Positions 47,133 to 56,408 of a stretch of 64,000 nucleotides of DNA are shown one piece after another (position 1 is the first letter of the stretch; each line of letters starts with the position of its first letter). The notes under the pieces are model-generated. The model had not been told where the DNA came from. It saw only the letters and a list, made by a program, of their open reading frames with translations, and searched no databases. The translations under genes and the position numbers were made by a program. Origin of the DNA: an uncultured bacterium (GTDB taxonomy: Bacteria; Patescibacteriota; Minisyncoccia; UBA6257; 2-01-FULL-56-20); contig CAVRXN010000002.1 of assembly GCA_963725235.1 (NCBI GenBank), positions 94,964-158,963 on the forward strand. The letters are read 5' to 3'.

Positions 47133-48392
47133 TACGATTACCGGGCTGGGTTCGCCAACCAAGTCCGTGGGGTTTAACTCCCCAGGCCTCCACCGCGCTC
47201 AGAGCTTGGCTGTCTAGGTTCAGATACATATGAGACAGTTAGGTTTGTAAGATAACGACGTTTTTGGTTGGTAGTCCATTCGCTTTGATCTTGAGGGAAT
47301 ATTCGTTGGGCGTGAGCTGTCCCAGTGATTCATGCGGCCTCACCGTGTTCCAGATGTTCTCCCAGTCCCTGATCCTCCGCTGCATGACGGGTAACAGAGA
47401 AGATACGTTCCCTTGCTGGTAAAATTCGCGTTCATCGGCGCCATGTGACCGTTCGACGTAGGTGTTTTCCTTTGGAGTACGGGGATGGATAAAGTACTGC
47501 GTGATCGATCGCGCCTTACATGCCCGCTCGAATTCTTTCTGAAATGGCGCGCCATTGTCCGTCTGTATCGCCTCAATGGGATACGGGAATGACATCACGC
47601 ATTCCCCAAGGAATCGTGCGCCGCTCCGTGATGATTGCGACGGGTAGACTCTGAGTACGCGCCGCTTCGAAAGGACATCAATTGCGGTGAATTGGAAGAA
47701 TTTCCGTCCGCCGGGAAGCATGATGTATTTTGTATCCATCTGGATGAGCTGCCCTTCGTAGTGGATGCGCAATCCCCTGGGAAAACGAAGCTTGGGGCGC
47801 AACGCAGACTTCCGCTTCTTGCGTGAAACTTTCCGGTCAATGAGGCCTCTTCGTTTCAAGATCCTGCCGACCGTGCTCGCCGAGACGATGATTCCTTCAC
47901 GTTTGAGCATCACGGCAAGCTTGTATTTCGACCATGCCGGATATTGCTTGCGCAAGGCGACAGCCCGTGTGATGACTGGCCATGGCGTTGTTGGTTTGCG
48001 CAATCGTTTCGGTTTGCGCGAACGTTCATTCAAGCCGAGAACGCCCCGATCCGCACATCGTTCAAGCCAGCGGATGAGCGTCATGCGCCCGATGCCGAAA
48101 TGCCGGGCAGTGAGCGATTGGTTTTTCCCATGTGCCCGATGCCAGTCGAGAATCTTGATGCGACGCTTTGCCTGTTCAGTGAGTTTGTCTGCGAGGGCGG
48201 AAGATGCTGCGATACTCCCTGCCCCCGGAAGGAGGTTGCCGTATATGGTCATACGGCAACCCTGATATTTTCCTTTCATATTTTCAAGGGTCTGCTTGTA
48301 TCATATGTTATGGACCAGTACATTGGCTTGACATGGGTTGGGAGATTGATAAAATGTAGGCAAGGTTGGCGAACCCAGAATCGGTATCGTGC
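47133..48392 (-). mobile_element. IS481-family insertion sequence (single DDE transposase ORF) with imperfect terminal inverted repeats; boundaries approximate
   Basis: Left CGATTACCGGGCTGGGTTCGCCAACC (47137-47160) versus the reverse complement of right GGTTGGCGAACCCAGAATCGGTATCG (48363-48388). The 15-nt core CTGGGTTCGCCAACC is identical. Sits between divergent cmk and gatB. Confidence 0.6.
47239..48279 (-). CDS. IS481-family transposase (HTH + rve/DDE integrase core)
   Basis: N-terminal HTH (SLTARHFGIGRMTLIRWLER); catalytic core ...LIQMDTKYIM...FTAIDVLSKRRVL...IQTDNGAPFQ...RTPKENTYVERSH...; 346 aa, intact. Confidence 0.8.
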   Translation of the reverse strand: MKGKYQGCRMTIYGNLLPGAGSIAASSALADKLTEQAKRRIKILDWHRAHGKNQSLTARHFGIGRMTLIRWLERCADRGVLGLNERSRKPKRLRKPTTPWPVITRAVALRKQYPAWSKYKLAVMLKREGIIVSASTVGRILKRRGLIDRKVSRKKRKSALRPKLRFPRGLRIHYEGQLIQMDTKYIMLPGGRKFFQFTAIDVLSKRRVLRVYPSQSSRSGARFLGECVMSFPYPIEAIQTDNGAPFQKEFERACKARSITQYFIHPRTPKENTYVERSHGADEREFYQQGNVSSLLPVMQRRIRDWENIWNTVRPHESLGQLTPNEYSLKIKANGLPTKNVVILQT

Positions 48393-48462
48393 TTGGACTT
48401 AGCGAAAGACCCAGAAATGGGCCTTTTGTTTTATTGATTCCTCGCGATTTTTTCTCTATACT

Positions 48463-49918
48463 GTGCCATATATGGATTACCATCCCACCATCGGCCTCGA
48501 GGTTCACGCGGAGCTCAAGACGCGGACAAAAATGTTCTGCGATTCGCTGAATGATCCGGACGAGAAGCATCCGAACGTGAACGTCTGTCCGGTGTGTCTC
48601 GCGCATCCGGGGACGCTGCCCGTGCCGAACAAGCAGGCGATCGAGTATGTGTTGCGCGTCGGTCTCGCGACGGGCGGGACGCCGAACGCGCAGACGAAGT
48701 TCGACCGCAAAAATTATTTCTATCCCGACCTGCCGAAGGCATATCAGATTTCGCAGTCGGGCCAGCCGCTCGTGGCTGGTGGTATGCTACGCGATATAAA
48801 AATAAATCATATTCATCTCGAAGAGGATGCTGGTGCGCTCGCGCGACACGACGGAAGGATTTTCGCTCGTCGATTATAATCGCGCGGGTGTGCCGCTGAT
48901 GGAGCTTGTGACGGAGCCGGACATGCATACGGCTGAGGATGCGGTCGCATTCATGCGCGAGCTGCAGTTGGTCCTGCGCTATCTCGGCGTTTCGGATGCG
49001 GATCTCGAGCGCGGGCAGATGCGTGCGGATGCGAATATTTCGATTTCGCCAACGACTGGTGAGGGTGCGGGCAAACTTGGCACGCGCGCCGAAGTGAAAA
49101 ATTTAAACTCGTTCAATTCCGTCGCGCAGGCGATCAATTACGAGATTCGCCGGCAAACGGAATTGCTCGAGCGCGGCGAAACGGTTGCGCAGGAAACGCG
49201 CGGCTGGGATGATGCAAAACAGAAAACGACGTCGCAGCGCTCAAAGGAGGAGGCGCAGGATTATCGCTATTTCCCGGAGCCGGATATTCCGCCATTCGAT
49301 ACGAGTGTATTTGATATAGAGCGGTTGCGGGCGGAGTTGCCGGAATTGCCCGCCGCGCGGCGCACGCGGTTCGCCGCCGAATACGGACTCGATGCGAAGC
49401 AGACGGAGATTTTGGTAAGCGAGCCGGCGCTGGCAAACTTTTTTGAGGAAGCGGTGTCGGAGCTGCGCGAGCAGATGCCGGATGAGTCAGCGCCAAAATC
49501 CGCCGTCGCGACGCTCTATAATTATTTAACATCCGACCTGCGCGGGTTGATGAATGCCGGCGCGACAAATTTCGCGGATTTGAAAATCACGCCGGAACAT
49601 CTAGCGCATCTCGCCGCGCTCCTCGAAGCGAAGAAGCTGACGAGCCGCCAGGCGAAGGACATCCTCGCGAAAATGTTCGAGACCGGTGCCGATCCGACCG
49701 AGATCGTCGCGAGCGAGAACATCGGCGTCTCGGATGACAGTGCCGAGATCGAAGCAGTCGTCGCAGCCGTTATCGCCGAAAACAAATCAGCCGCCGACGA
49801 TTACCGCCGCGGCAAGACAGCCGTGTTGCAGTTCCTCATTGGCCAGGCCATGAAAGCTTTGAAAGGACGTGCGCGGCCGGAGGTGCTGAAGGAGATGCTT
49901 GAGAAGGGGCTGGGGTGA
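48463..49918 (+). CDS. gatB: Asp/Glu-tRNA amidotransferase subunit B, one frameshift near 48845
   Basis: MPYMDYHPTIGLEVHAELKTRTKMFCDS...NVCPVCLAHPGTLPVPN...HLEEDAG | ...TTEGFSLVDYNRAGVPLMELVTEPDMHTAEDA...; frame break in a GCGCTCGCGCG stretch. Confidence 0.85.
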
Positions 49919-49977
49919 TATAAAGAATAAAAATAGAATGGGCCACCGGATTTCCAGTGGCCCATGCGAAGGGCTGA

Positions 49978-50250
49978 TCACAGCTCTCCGGGGAATTTTC
50001 CTTCGAGAGGGGCAGTGATGTCGCACATGATGATGCAGAAGTAGATTGCCCATCCCACACAGCCCAGGCCGTACAAAAAGAAATTACTTGCTGAGTTATG
50101 ATGACGTTCTCTTGCCATCATTGGTACGCACATCGATGTCGAGATGAGTATCGCGATGGCATCTATCCGCGTCATCGGAATGTAAACTGCGGCCACGACA
50201 AGTAGTGCCACGATGGCAAGACCAGCAAGGAACCAGACAGTCTTTTTCAT
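49978..50250 (-). CDS. Small hypothetical membrane protein (3 TM, Cys-rich)
   Basis: 90 aa hydrophobic ORF. Confidence 0.35.
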   Translation of the reverse strand: MKKTVWFLAGLAIVALLVVAAVYIPMTRIDAIAILISTSMCVPMMARERHHNSASNFFLYGLGCVGWAIYFCIIMCDITAPLEGKFPGEL

Positions 50251-50354
50251 AGAGCCTCCTTTAGGTTCTGATTGTATTATATATTAAAATATGCAATCGT
50301 CAAGTATCTCGAAAAAATAACGAAATAAAGGATAATTAAAATATCGTAAAATTT

Positions 50355-50645
50355 ATGCCTCATATCACCGGTGAATTCACTGTAAAACTAGTTCCGAAAA
50401 CACAAAACCCCACCCGCACCATCCCACTCTTCTCCCAAATGACGAACGACAAGGAGTGGAGCGGCGATCTTGTTGCGACATCGCAAGGCGAGATGATCTC
50501 CACGGGCACGGCTGTCCCGAACTCGGCGGCCCGGGCTCCATCTCCAAAATATATCAACCTGCGTTGCTGGCTATTCTGCCCTTTGGCTAGGCGCGACGAC
50601 GCGGCAGGGAAACATTTCTATGATTTGGAGTATCAATTTTCTTGA
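50355..50645 (+). CDS. DUF3224-like protein, probably truncated or frameshifted
   Basis: MPHITGEFTVKLVP...WSGDLVATSQGEMISTGTAVPNSAA...GKHFYDLEYQF resembles the DUF3224 start and end. Confidence 0.3.
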   Translation: MPHITGEFTVKLVPKTQNPTRTIPLFSQMTNDKEWSGDLVATSQGEMISTGTAVPNSAARAPSPKYINLRCWLFCPLARRDDAAGKHFYDLEYQFS

Positions 50646-50982
50646 CCGGACTCCAATATAGGAGTATCATTCCAATTGCCTGTTCGTTCTCTCGCAGTCC
50701 AAATCTAGGAGGCAATATGAGTTCTTTAAAAACGCGCCAGCGTCGGGTAATAATTATTGTTACGACGTATCTGAGCGTTCTGCTTCTCTTCGCTCTAGGG
50801 ATTGGCATCGATCCATCACTCATGCAAAAGTATCCTGACGCTGCTTGGATACTTCGGTACTTGATGGTTGGATTTATTGTCGTTCTGGTACTTTGTGGCA
50901 TTCACATACATCAACAAAGTTGACGAAAGATTGCGATAGTCGATTTTTCTCTCGCGAGGGTAACCACTCCCTCGCCACTTTT

Positions 50983-51963
50983 TTATTTTTTCAAAAACAG
51001 GCCATCGCCAAGGAACTTTTTCACGAGCACTTCCGCTTCTTCCGTCCCATCCACCCACCTGACATTCCTATCCTTCTTAAACCACGTCATCTGTCGCTTC
51101 GCGAAATGCCATGTATTCATTTTCATTGCGGCAACGGCTTCATCCTGCGTCGAACGCCCGTCGAGGTAGTCGATGATTTCACGATAGCCGATGGCGTCGA
51201 AAGCGATGGGAAGATCGCGCGCGCCGTCGGCGCTGCCATCCGCCCGCCGATATTTTTTTAACAAATTTTTAACCTCATCCACCAACCCCGCAGCCATCAT
51301 CTCATCAATCCGCCGATCGATCCGTTCACGCAAAACTTCCGGCGCGGGCGATAAGCCAAGTATTAAAAAATCATTAACCGGCACGGAACGACGGCGCTGT
51401 TCGGTAAACGGGCGACCGGTTAACGTAGCAACTTCCAAAGCACGCACGACGCGCCGCGGATTTCGTCCATCGACGATATACGCAGCTTCTGGGTCTAACG
51501 AAACGAGTCGTTCAAAAACCGAAGCGAGGCCGTGCGCAGCTATATCAGCTTCAATCGAGGCGCGCAATGCAGGATTTCCAACAACGGCAGGGATGTCTAA
51601 GTTGTCGACGACGGCGCGAATATACAAGCCGGTACCGCCGACCAATATCGGCAAGCGACCGCGCGCGACGATGTCGGCAATCGCCGCGTCGGCATCGCGC
51701 TTAAACTCCGCGACCGCGTAATCCTCATCCGGATTACGAATGTCGACGAGATGGTGGGGGACAGCGGCCCGTTCGGTGGCGGTCGCCTTCGCCGTTCCGA
51801 TATCCATGCCCCGATAAATTTGGCGCGAGTCGGCGGAGATGATTTCACCATTAAATTCGCGGGCGATGGCGATTGATAGCGATGTTTTCCCGCTGGCGGT
51901 TGGTCCGACGATAGCGATGGCTTTTGGACGGTGCGCTGGAGACGACGGTGATGAAGTTGACAT
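50983..51963 (-). CDS. miaA: tRNA dimethylallyltransferase MiaA
   Basis: IAIVGPTASGKTSLSIAIAREFNGEIISADSRQIYRGMDIGTAK...HHLVDI. Confidence 0.9.
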   Translation of the reverse strand: MSTSSPSSPAHRPKAIAIVGPTASGKTSLSIAIAREFNGEIISADSRQIYRGMDIGTAKATATERAAVPHHLVDIRNPDEDYAVAEFKRDADAAIADIVARGRLPILVGGTGLYIRAVVDNLDIPAVVGNPALRASIEADIAAHGLASVFERLVSLDPEAAYIVDGRNPRRVVRALEVATLTGRPFTEQRRRSVPVNDFLILGLSPAPEVLRERIDRRIDEMMAAGLVDEVKNLLKKYRRADGSADGARDLPIAFDAIGYREIIDYLDGRSTQDEAVAAMKMNTWHFAKRQMTWFKKDRNVRWVDGTEEAEVLVKKFLGDGLFLKK

Positions 51964-52398
51964 ATGGATAGATTATATGATAATATCGGATTTAGAAATA
52001 GTAGTCATTCTAAAAACGAATCGGGAGGTTGCATGAGAAGCTTTCGCCCACGTTCAAGAAGAAGATATGTGCCCTCATTTCCAATGAGCGGAGTGATTAA
52101 TTTTCAGCCACATATTTTTCCACCTATTCGACCGCGGTTGTTTATCCCGCCGAAGGTTCGCAAGGGACAGCGAGTGAAGTATTTGAGCAAGCGACAGCGG
52201 AAATACGGCGAATGGCAACCGCGCATTAATGCCCTCGTCGTAAGTGGAGGTGAAAACGGGTGTTATCTATATCGGCCAAAACAACCCGGCGACATCTTTT
52301 TCCGGCCGTGGGGAAGTGTTCAGGTGCTGCCATGACCGAGGACGCTTGACGTCCTTCGATAAGCTTTTCTACGCTATTGCGCGGAGGAGCTTATTTTT

Positions 52399-53709
52399 TT
52401 ATATTTTTCTTTCTTTAATCTCCCCCGAAATTTTTTTCACAAAATCCTCAACCGACATCGCGCCTTCGTCCGTCGCTTTCTCGCCATCACGCCCACGCGT
52501 GCGAACGGCGACGGTACCGGCGGCAACTTCTTTTTCGCCGACGACCAAAACATATGGAGTTTTTAATAATTCGGCTTCACGGATACGCTTGCCGAGCGAT
52601 TCGGTTGCGGCGCTCAACTCGGCGCGGATGCGTGGTACGCCCCCGACAACCGCAGCGGCAAAATGTTCATCCGCTCGCCGCAATTTTTCAACAACGCCGC
52701 GTGCGTACTCGTCAAACTTTTCGCTGACCGGCAAAACGGCAACCTGCACCGGCGCAAGCCAAACGGGGAATGCGCCCGCGTATCGCTCGATCAAAAATGC
52801 CATGACGCGCTCGAGCGCGCCGATCGAGGAGCGATGGACGGCGAATGCGCGTTTCGCCGAGCCGTCAGCGGCAACATATGTCAGGTCGAAACGGTCGGGC
52901 ATGCAGAAATCATATTGGACCGTGAACGCGGTGTCTTCTTTGCCGTTCACGTTCTTCATTTGAATATCGATTTTCGGTCCATAGAATGCAGCTTCGTTGG
53001 CAGCTTCGACGAACGGCTTGCCGCGCTTCTGCAGTAATTTACGCAATAAATCCTCACCCTTCTCCCAGGCGGCATCATTCTTATAATATTTGTCCGAAGT
53101 GTCGGAGCGGTCGCCGAGCGACAACCGATAAGAATAATCGACGCCCTGGACGAGTCCGAGAACACCCGTAACATATTCGATCAAGTCCAGTGCTTCACCA
53201 ACTTCTTCGACTGCTTGCTCTTCGGTTGCACAGATAATATGTGCATCCGCGAGACAGAACGACCGAACGCGCTGCAAACCCATCAATTCGCCGGACTGTT
53301 CGTAGCGATATAATTTAGCAACTTCGGCAATGCGCATCGGCAATTCGCGATAGCTGACCGGTCGGCGCAAATATAATTCGAAGTGGTGTGGGCACGTCAT
53401 CGGCCGGAGCATATACTGCTCTTTATCGATCTCGATCGGCGCATACATCGAGTCGGCGTAATGCGGATAATGGCCGGACTTGCGGTAAAGGTCGAGCTTC
53501 GCGATGTCGGGCGTGTAGACGTGAAGATAGCCGCGCTTGATTTCTTCATCGACGACAAACCGCTCGAGCTCGCGCCGGATCGTTGCGCCTTTCGGTGTGA
53601 AAAGTGGGAGCCCTTTACCGACCGCGTCGCTGAACGCAAACAGATCGAGCTGTGGACCCAGCACTTTATGGTCGCGCTCTTCCGGAGCAATGTTAGGGAT
53701 TTCAGGCAT
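52399..53709 (-). CDS. thrS: Threonyl-tRNA synthetase, N-terminally truncated type (catalytic + anticodon-binding domains only)
   Basis: RDHKVLGPQLDLFAF...LPLFTPKGA...YRKSGHYPHYADSMY...YMLRPMTCPHHFELY...YRYEQSGELMGLQRVRSFCLADAHIIC; 436 aa. Confidence 0.85.
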   Translation of the reverse strand: MPEIPNIAPEERDHKVLGPQLDLFAFSDAVGKGLPLFTPKGATIRRELERFVVDEEIKRGYLHVYTPDIAKLDLYRKSGHYPHYADSMYAPIEIDKEQYMLRPMTCPHHFELYLRRPVSYRELPMRIAEVAKLYRYEQSGELMGLQRVRSFCLADAHIICATEEQAVEEVGEALDLIEYVTGVLGLVQGVDYSYRLSLGDRSDTSDKYYKNDAAWEKGEDLLRKLLQKRGKPFVEAANEAAFYGPKIDIQMKNVNGKEDTAFTVQYDFCMPDRFDLTYVAADGSAKRAFAVHRSSIGALERVMAFLIERYAGAFPVWLAPVQVAVLPVSEKFDEYARGVVEKLRRADEHFAAAVVGGVPRIRAELSAATESLGKRIREAELLKTPYVLVVGEKEVAAGTVAVRTRGRDGEKATDEGAMSVEDFVKKISGEIKERKI

Positions 53710-53841
53710 ACGGTTGATGATAGCGCGAAAATCAGCGGTTTTGAAGGGGGATTGACAGAATTGTTTCGGATATGGTAAAATGCTCGCAGAGCAGGTAGCA
53801 AATCCTGCAATCTCAACTCAATCAAAAGAAAGGGGTGTGTC

Positions 53842-54567
53842 ATGGAAAACGTCAAACCTTCGGCCGTCGAAGCACCGGCAGTAATCATCAGGCCGACCGG
53901 CTTGGATCGCGATTATTTCTCCGCCGATGACTGGCAGCAGTCACGCGGCGTTACGTTGACCGACGAGCAACGTGATCTGATGCCGAAAGTGCCATGGGAT
54001 AATGATTTACTCATGTCTCCGTGCCCGTTTGATAAGAAACAGAAGAAACGGATCGGGGAAACGCACTACGGCTTCATTGGATTCGCGAGCGTTGCAGGCG
54101 AAGGCGTCCCGAGCGAGATGGTGAACTTGCTCAAACTACAGCGACTGTATCCTGCGGATCAACAGCCAAAATTCGTTTCGTACGCTCCGGATTCCTGGTA
54201 TTCGCACCAGGATTTCGCAAACCTCATCGCGCTGGAGTTTTGCTACTATCTTCTCCTGCGCGAGATCGTTCCGCGTTCGAATGGCCTTGTGTTCACGGAG
54301 CAGCAAGCAATGCTGCCACCGGGATATAAAGTGCCTTCGGCAATCGCAGAAACCGCAAAGGACTTGTTCATTTATGACAAGCTCAAGGTTTACGTGAATC
54401 CAAGGCATTACGCGCGAACTGCCGATCTCGATTCGCATGGCTCTCGCGTGTACGTCGGCCATTGCGACGCGAACGGTGTCTTCATCAACCGCTGGTACGA
54501 CGACAGGCCGCGCGACGGCATCGGTGTCGGCGCTGCCCGGGAGTTCGAAACGAACCTTGCGGCTTGA
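53842..54567 (+). CDS. DGR target (variable) protein; the C-terminal ~38 codons are encoded by the variable repeat
   Basis: 241 aa; the C-terminus ...DSHGSRVYVGHCDANGVFINRWYDDRPRDGIGVGAAREFETNLAA overlaps VR. Confidence 0.75.
   Translation: MENVKPSAVEAPAVIIRPTGLDRDYFSADDWQQSRGVTLTDEQRDLMPKVPWDNDLLMSPCPFDKKQKKRIGETHYGFIGFASVAGEGVPSEMVNLLKLQRLYPADQQPKFVSYAPDSWYSHQDFANLIALEFCYYLLLREIVPRSNGLVFTEQQAMLPPGYKVPSAIAETAKDLFIYDKLKVYVNPRHYARTADLDSHGSRVYVGHCDANGVFINRWYDDRPRDGIGVGAAREFETNLAA
54425..54540 (+). repeat. DGR variable repeat (VR), 116 bp
   Basis: 101/116 identical to TR; all 15 differences are at positions where TR has A (VR has C/T/G). Confidence 0.85.
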
Positions 54568-54600
54568 GTCATCGATCCTTTTGTTTGCTTTTCTTCCCTT

Positions 54601-54639
54601 GGGCCTTCGGCGCATTTTTGCCGGAGGCCCTCTTTTTTG
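54601..54639 (+). terminator. GC-rich hairpin (GGGCCTTCGGCG-N9-GCCGGAGGCCC) + T-run, ~60 nt after VR: target-gene terminator and candidate DGR IMH-associated hairpin/cruciform
   Basis: 10-11-bp stem with one mismatch, followed by TCTTTTTTG. Confidence 0.5.
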
Positions 54640-54869
54640 AAAGACTAAAATATGCTAAAATATTTTTATCTTGCTCGTGCAGGTGCGACCATGGTTTCGC
54701 CTCGCAAGGTATCTCACCTGAGATTTCGCCAGCGTGCCGCCGTCTGTCTATTGATTGCGGCAGAGTGCGACGATGGATAGAGATCGAACTTCTTGCCTGC
54801 TTCTCGTATAAAAAATCAGGGACAAAGAACATTTTCCGAGTTCCGGTGAATCTGATGGCAGTGGGCAAT

Positions 54870-54985
54870 ATCTCGATTCGAATGGCAATCGCGTGAACGT
54901 CGGCAATTGCGACGCGAACGGTGTCAACATCAACAACTGGAACGACGACAAGCCGAACGACAACATCGGTGTCGGCGCTGCCCGG
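54870..54985 (+). repeat. DGR template repeat (TR), 116 bp, Asn-codon (AAC/AAT) rich
   Basis: Translates in the VR frame to ...NGNRVNVGNCDANGVNINNWNDDKPNDNIGVGAARQS*; lies in the intergenic region between the target gene and avd/RT. Confidence 0.85.
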
Positions 54986-54997
54986 CAGTCATGATCT

Positions 54998-55345
54998 CTA
55001 CTCCCGAATGGATTTAATCCAACCTCCGAGCATTCGACCGATCTCGTCGGTCATTTCTTCAAGTTTCAGGTATTTCTTCATATCGATAACTTTCGCATCT
55101 TTTGCGAGGCGGAAGAATACTCGGAGGAGATTAAGTTTTGTGCTGACCTGTTTCAAGACGGGAATTTTCTCGGATTTATAAAGTTCGCTCGCAGCGAGGA
55201 TCCCTTCTATAACATCGAGGATAGTTTTCTCGGCGCGTTCCCAAATCGTATGCCGATCTTGTTTATTAATTCCGTTCCGGTAGCCATGGAAAAGCTGATA
55301 GAGATCGTACGATTTTTTAAAAATTGGAATATCGAAATTATCCAT
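54998..55345 (-). CDS. avd: DGR accessory variability determinant (Avd; four-helix-bundle protein)
   Basis: MDNFDIPIFKKSYDLYQLFHGYRNGINKQDRHTIWERAEKTILDVIEGILAA...; 115 aa, basic, on the opposite strand between TR and RT. Confidence 0.75.
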   Translation of the reverse strand: MDNFDIPIFKKSYDLYQLFHGYRNGINKQDRHTIWERAEKTILDVIEGILAASELYKSEKIPVLKQVSTKLNLLRVFFRLAKDAKVIDMKKYLKLEEMTDEIGRMLGGWIKSIRE

Positions 55346-55352
55346 TTTATTT

Positions 55353-56404
55353 ATGAAGGTATATCGCGATGTTTTTGATAGGATTATTAGTGTGGAAAGT
55401 ATTTTTGCCGCTTGGGATCAGTTTAAGCAGGATAAAAAGAATAGATCGGATGTCGCGAAGTTTGAGCAAAAGCTCGAAGAGAATTTGTTCCAATTGTGCC
55501 GCGATCTCAAGAATAAAAACTATCGTCATGGACCATATTACGGCTTTTATATCCATGACCCAAAGCAACGTCACATTCATAAGGCCACCGTCCGAGATCG
55601 TATTTTGCATCATGCCATTTTTTCGATTTTGAGCCCGATGTTTGAAGAGATGTTTATCTCGACGTCGTTTTCCTGCCGAGTTGGATTTGGAACGCACAGA
55701 GGCGTCGATATGCTCGCGCAGATGATTCGCAGAGTTTCGAAAAATGGCAGCCAGCAATGTTACGTTTTGAAATGCGATATTAAAAAATTCTTCGATAGTG
55801 TTGACCACGAGATACTCCTTAGCATTTTGAATCGGAGGGTCAAAGATGAAGACGCGGTGTGGCTCTTGCGCGAAATCGTAAAAAGTTACGTAATTAAACG
55901 AGAGAGAGAGAGAGAGTTCAAAGCCAAATTCAAAAAACTGGCATTCCAATCGGCAATTTGACTTCCCAGCTGTTCGCGAATGTCTACATGAATGAGTTCG
56001 ATCAATTCATTAAGCATGGTTTGCATATAAAACATTATGCCCGTTATACCGATGATTTTGCAATAGTGGCTTCGAGCCACTCTGAGTTAAAAAATCTTAT
56101 CGAACCGATAGAGCAATTTCTCGAAAGTCATCTGAAATTACAACTTCATCCGAAGAAAATTTCGGTCCGAACTATAAATCATGGCATTGATTTTCTTGGC
56201 TATGTAATATTTCCAGGCCATCGTTTGATTCGCACAAAAACCCGCAGACGAATTTTTAAAAAGTTCAAATTGAAAGTTGAGGCATATCGTTTGGGCCACA
56301 TTTCCGAAGATTTTTTGATGGCATCGCTCCGATCATATCTTGGCGTTCTGTCTCATGCAGATACTTATCATCTTGCGGAAGAGTTGAAAAATGCGCTATT
56401 ATAG
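55353..56404 (+). CDS. DGR reverse transcriptase, frame broken inside a (GA)8 tract at 55900-55916
   Basis: RDRILHHAIFSILSPMFEEMFISTSFSCRVGFGTH (compare Bordetella Brt RDRLVQHALCNI...YACRPDKGTH); GIPIGNLTSQLFANVYMNEFD (DGR hallmark); YARYTDDFAIV (YxDD). Confidence 0.85.
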
Positions 56405-56408
56405 AGCC

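Noticed and set aside
47100-47235. The GGGTTCGCCAACC-containing segment considered as a tRNA or attachment site
   Set aside because: Its reverse complement recurs at 48345-48375 on the other side of the transposase gene. It is therefore interpreted as the IS terminal inverted repeat.
50642-50923. 93-aa ORF with a hydrophobic C-terminus, and the 59742..60290 ORF after the islet
   Set aside because: No motifs, atypical composition and overlapping alternative ORFs. Too weak to call as genes.
55353-56404. Group II intron or retron RT instead of a DGR RT
   Set aside because: There is no intron RNA domain structure or maturase/endonuclease tail, no msr/msd. Instead an adenine-specific TR/VR pair, an Avd gene and the DGR-specific GIPIGNLTSQLFANVY motif are present.
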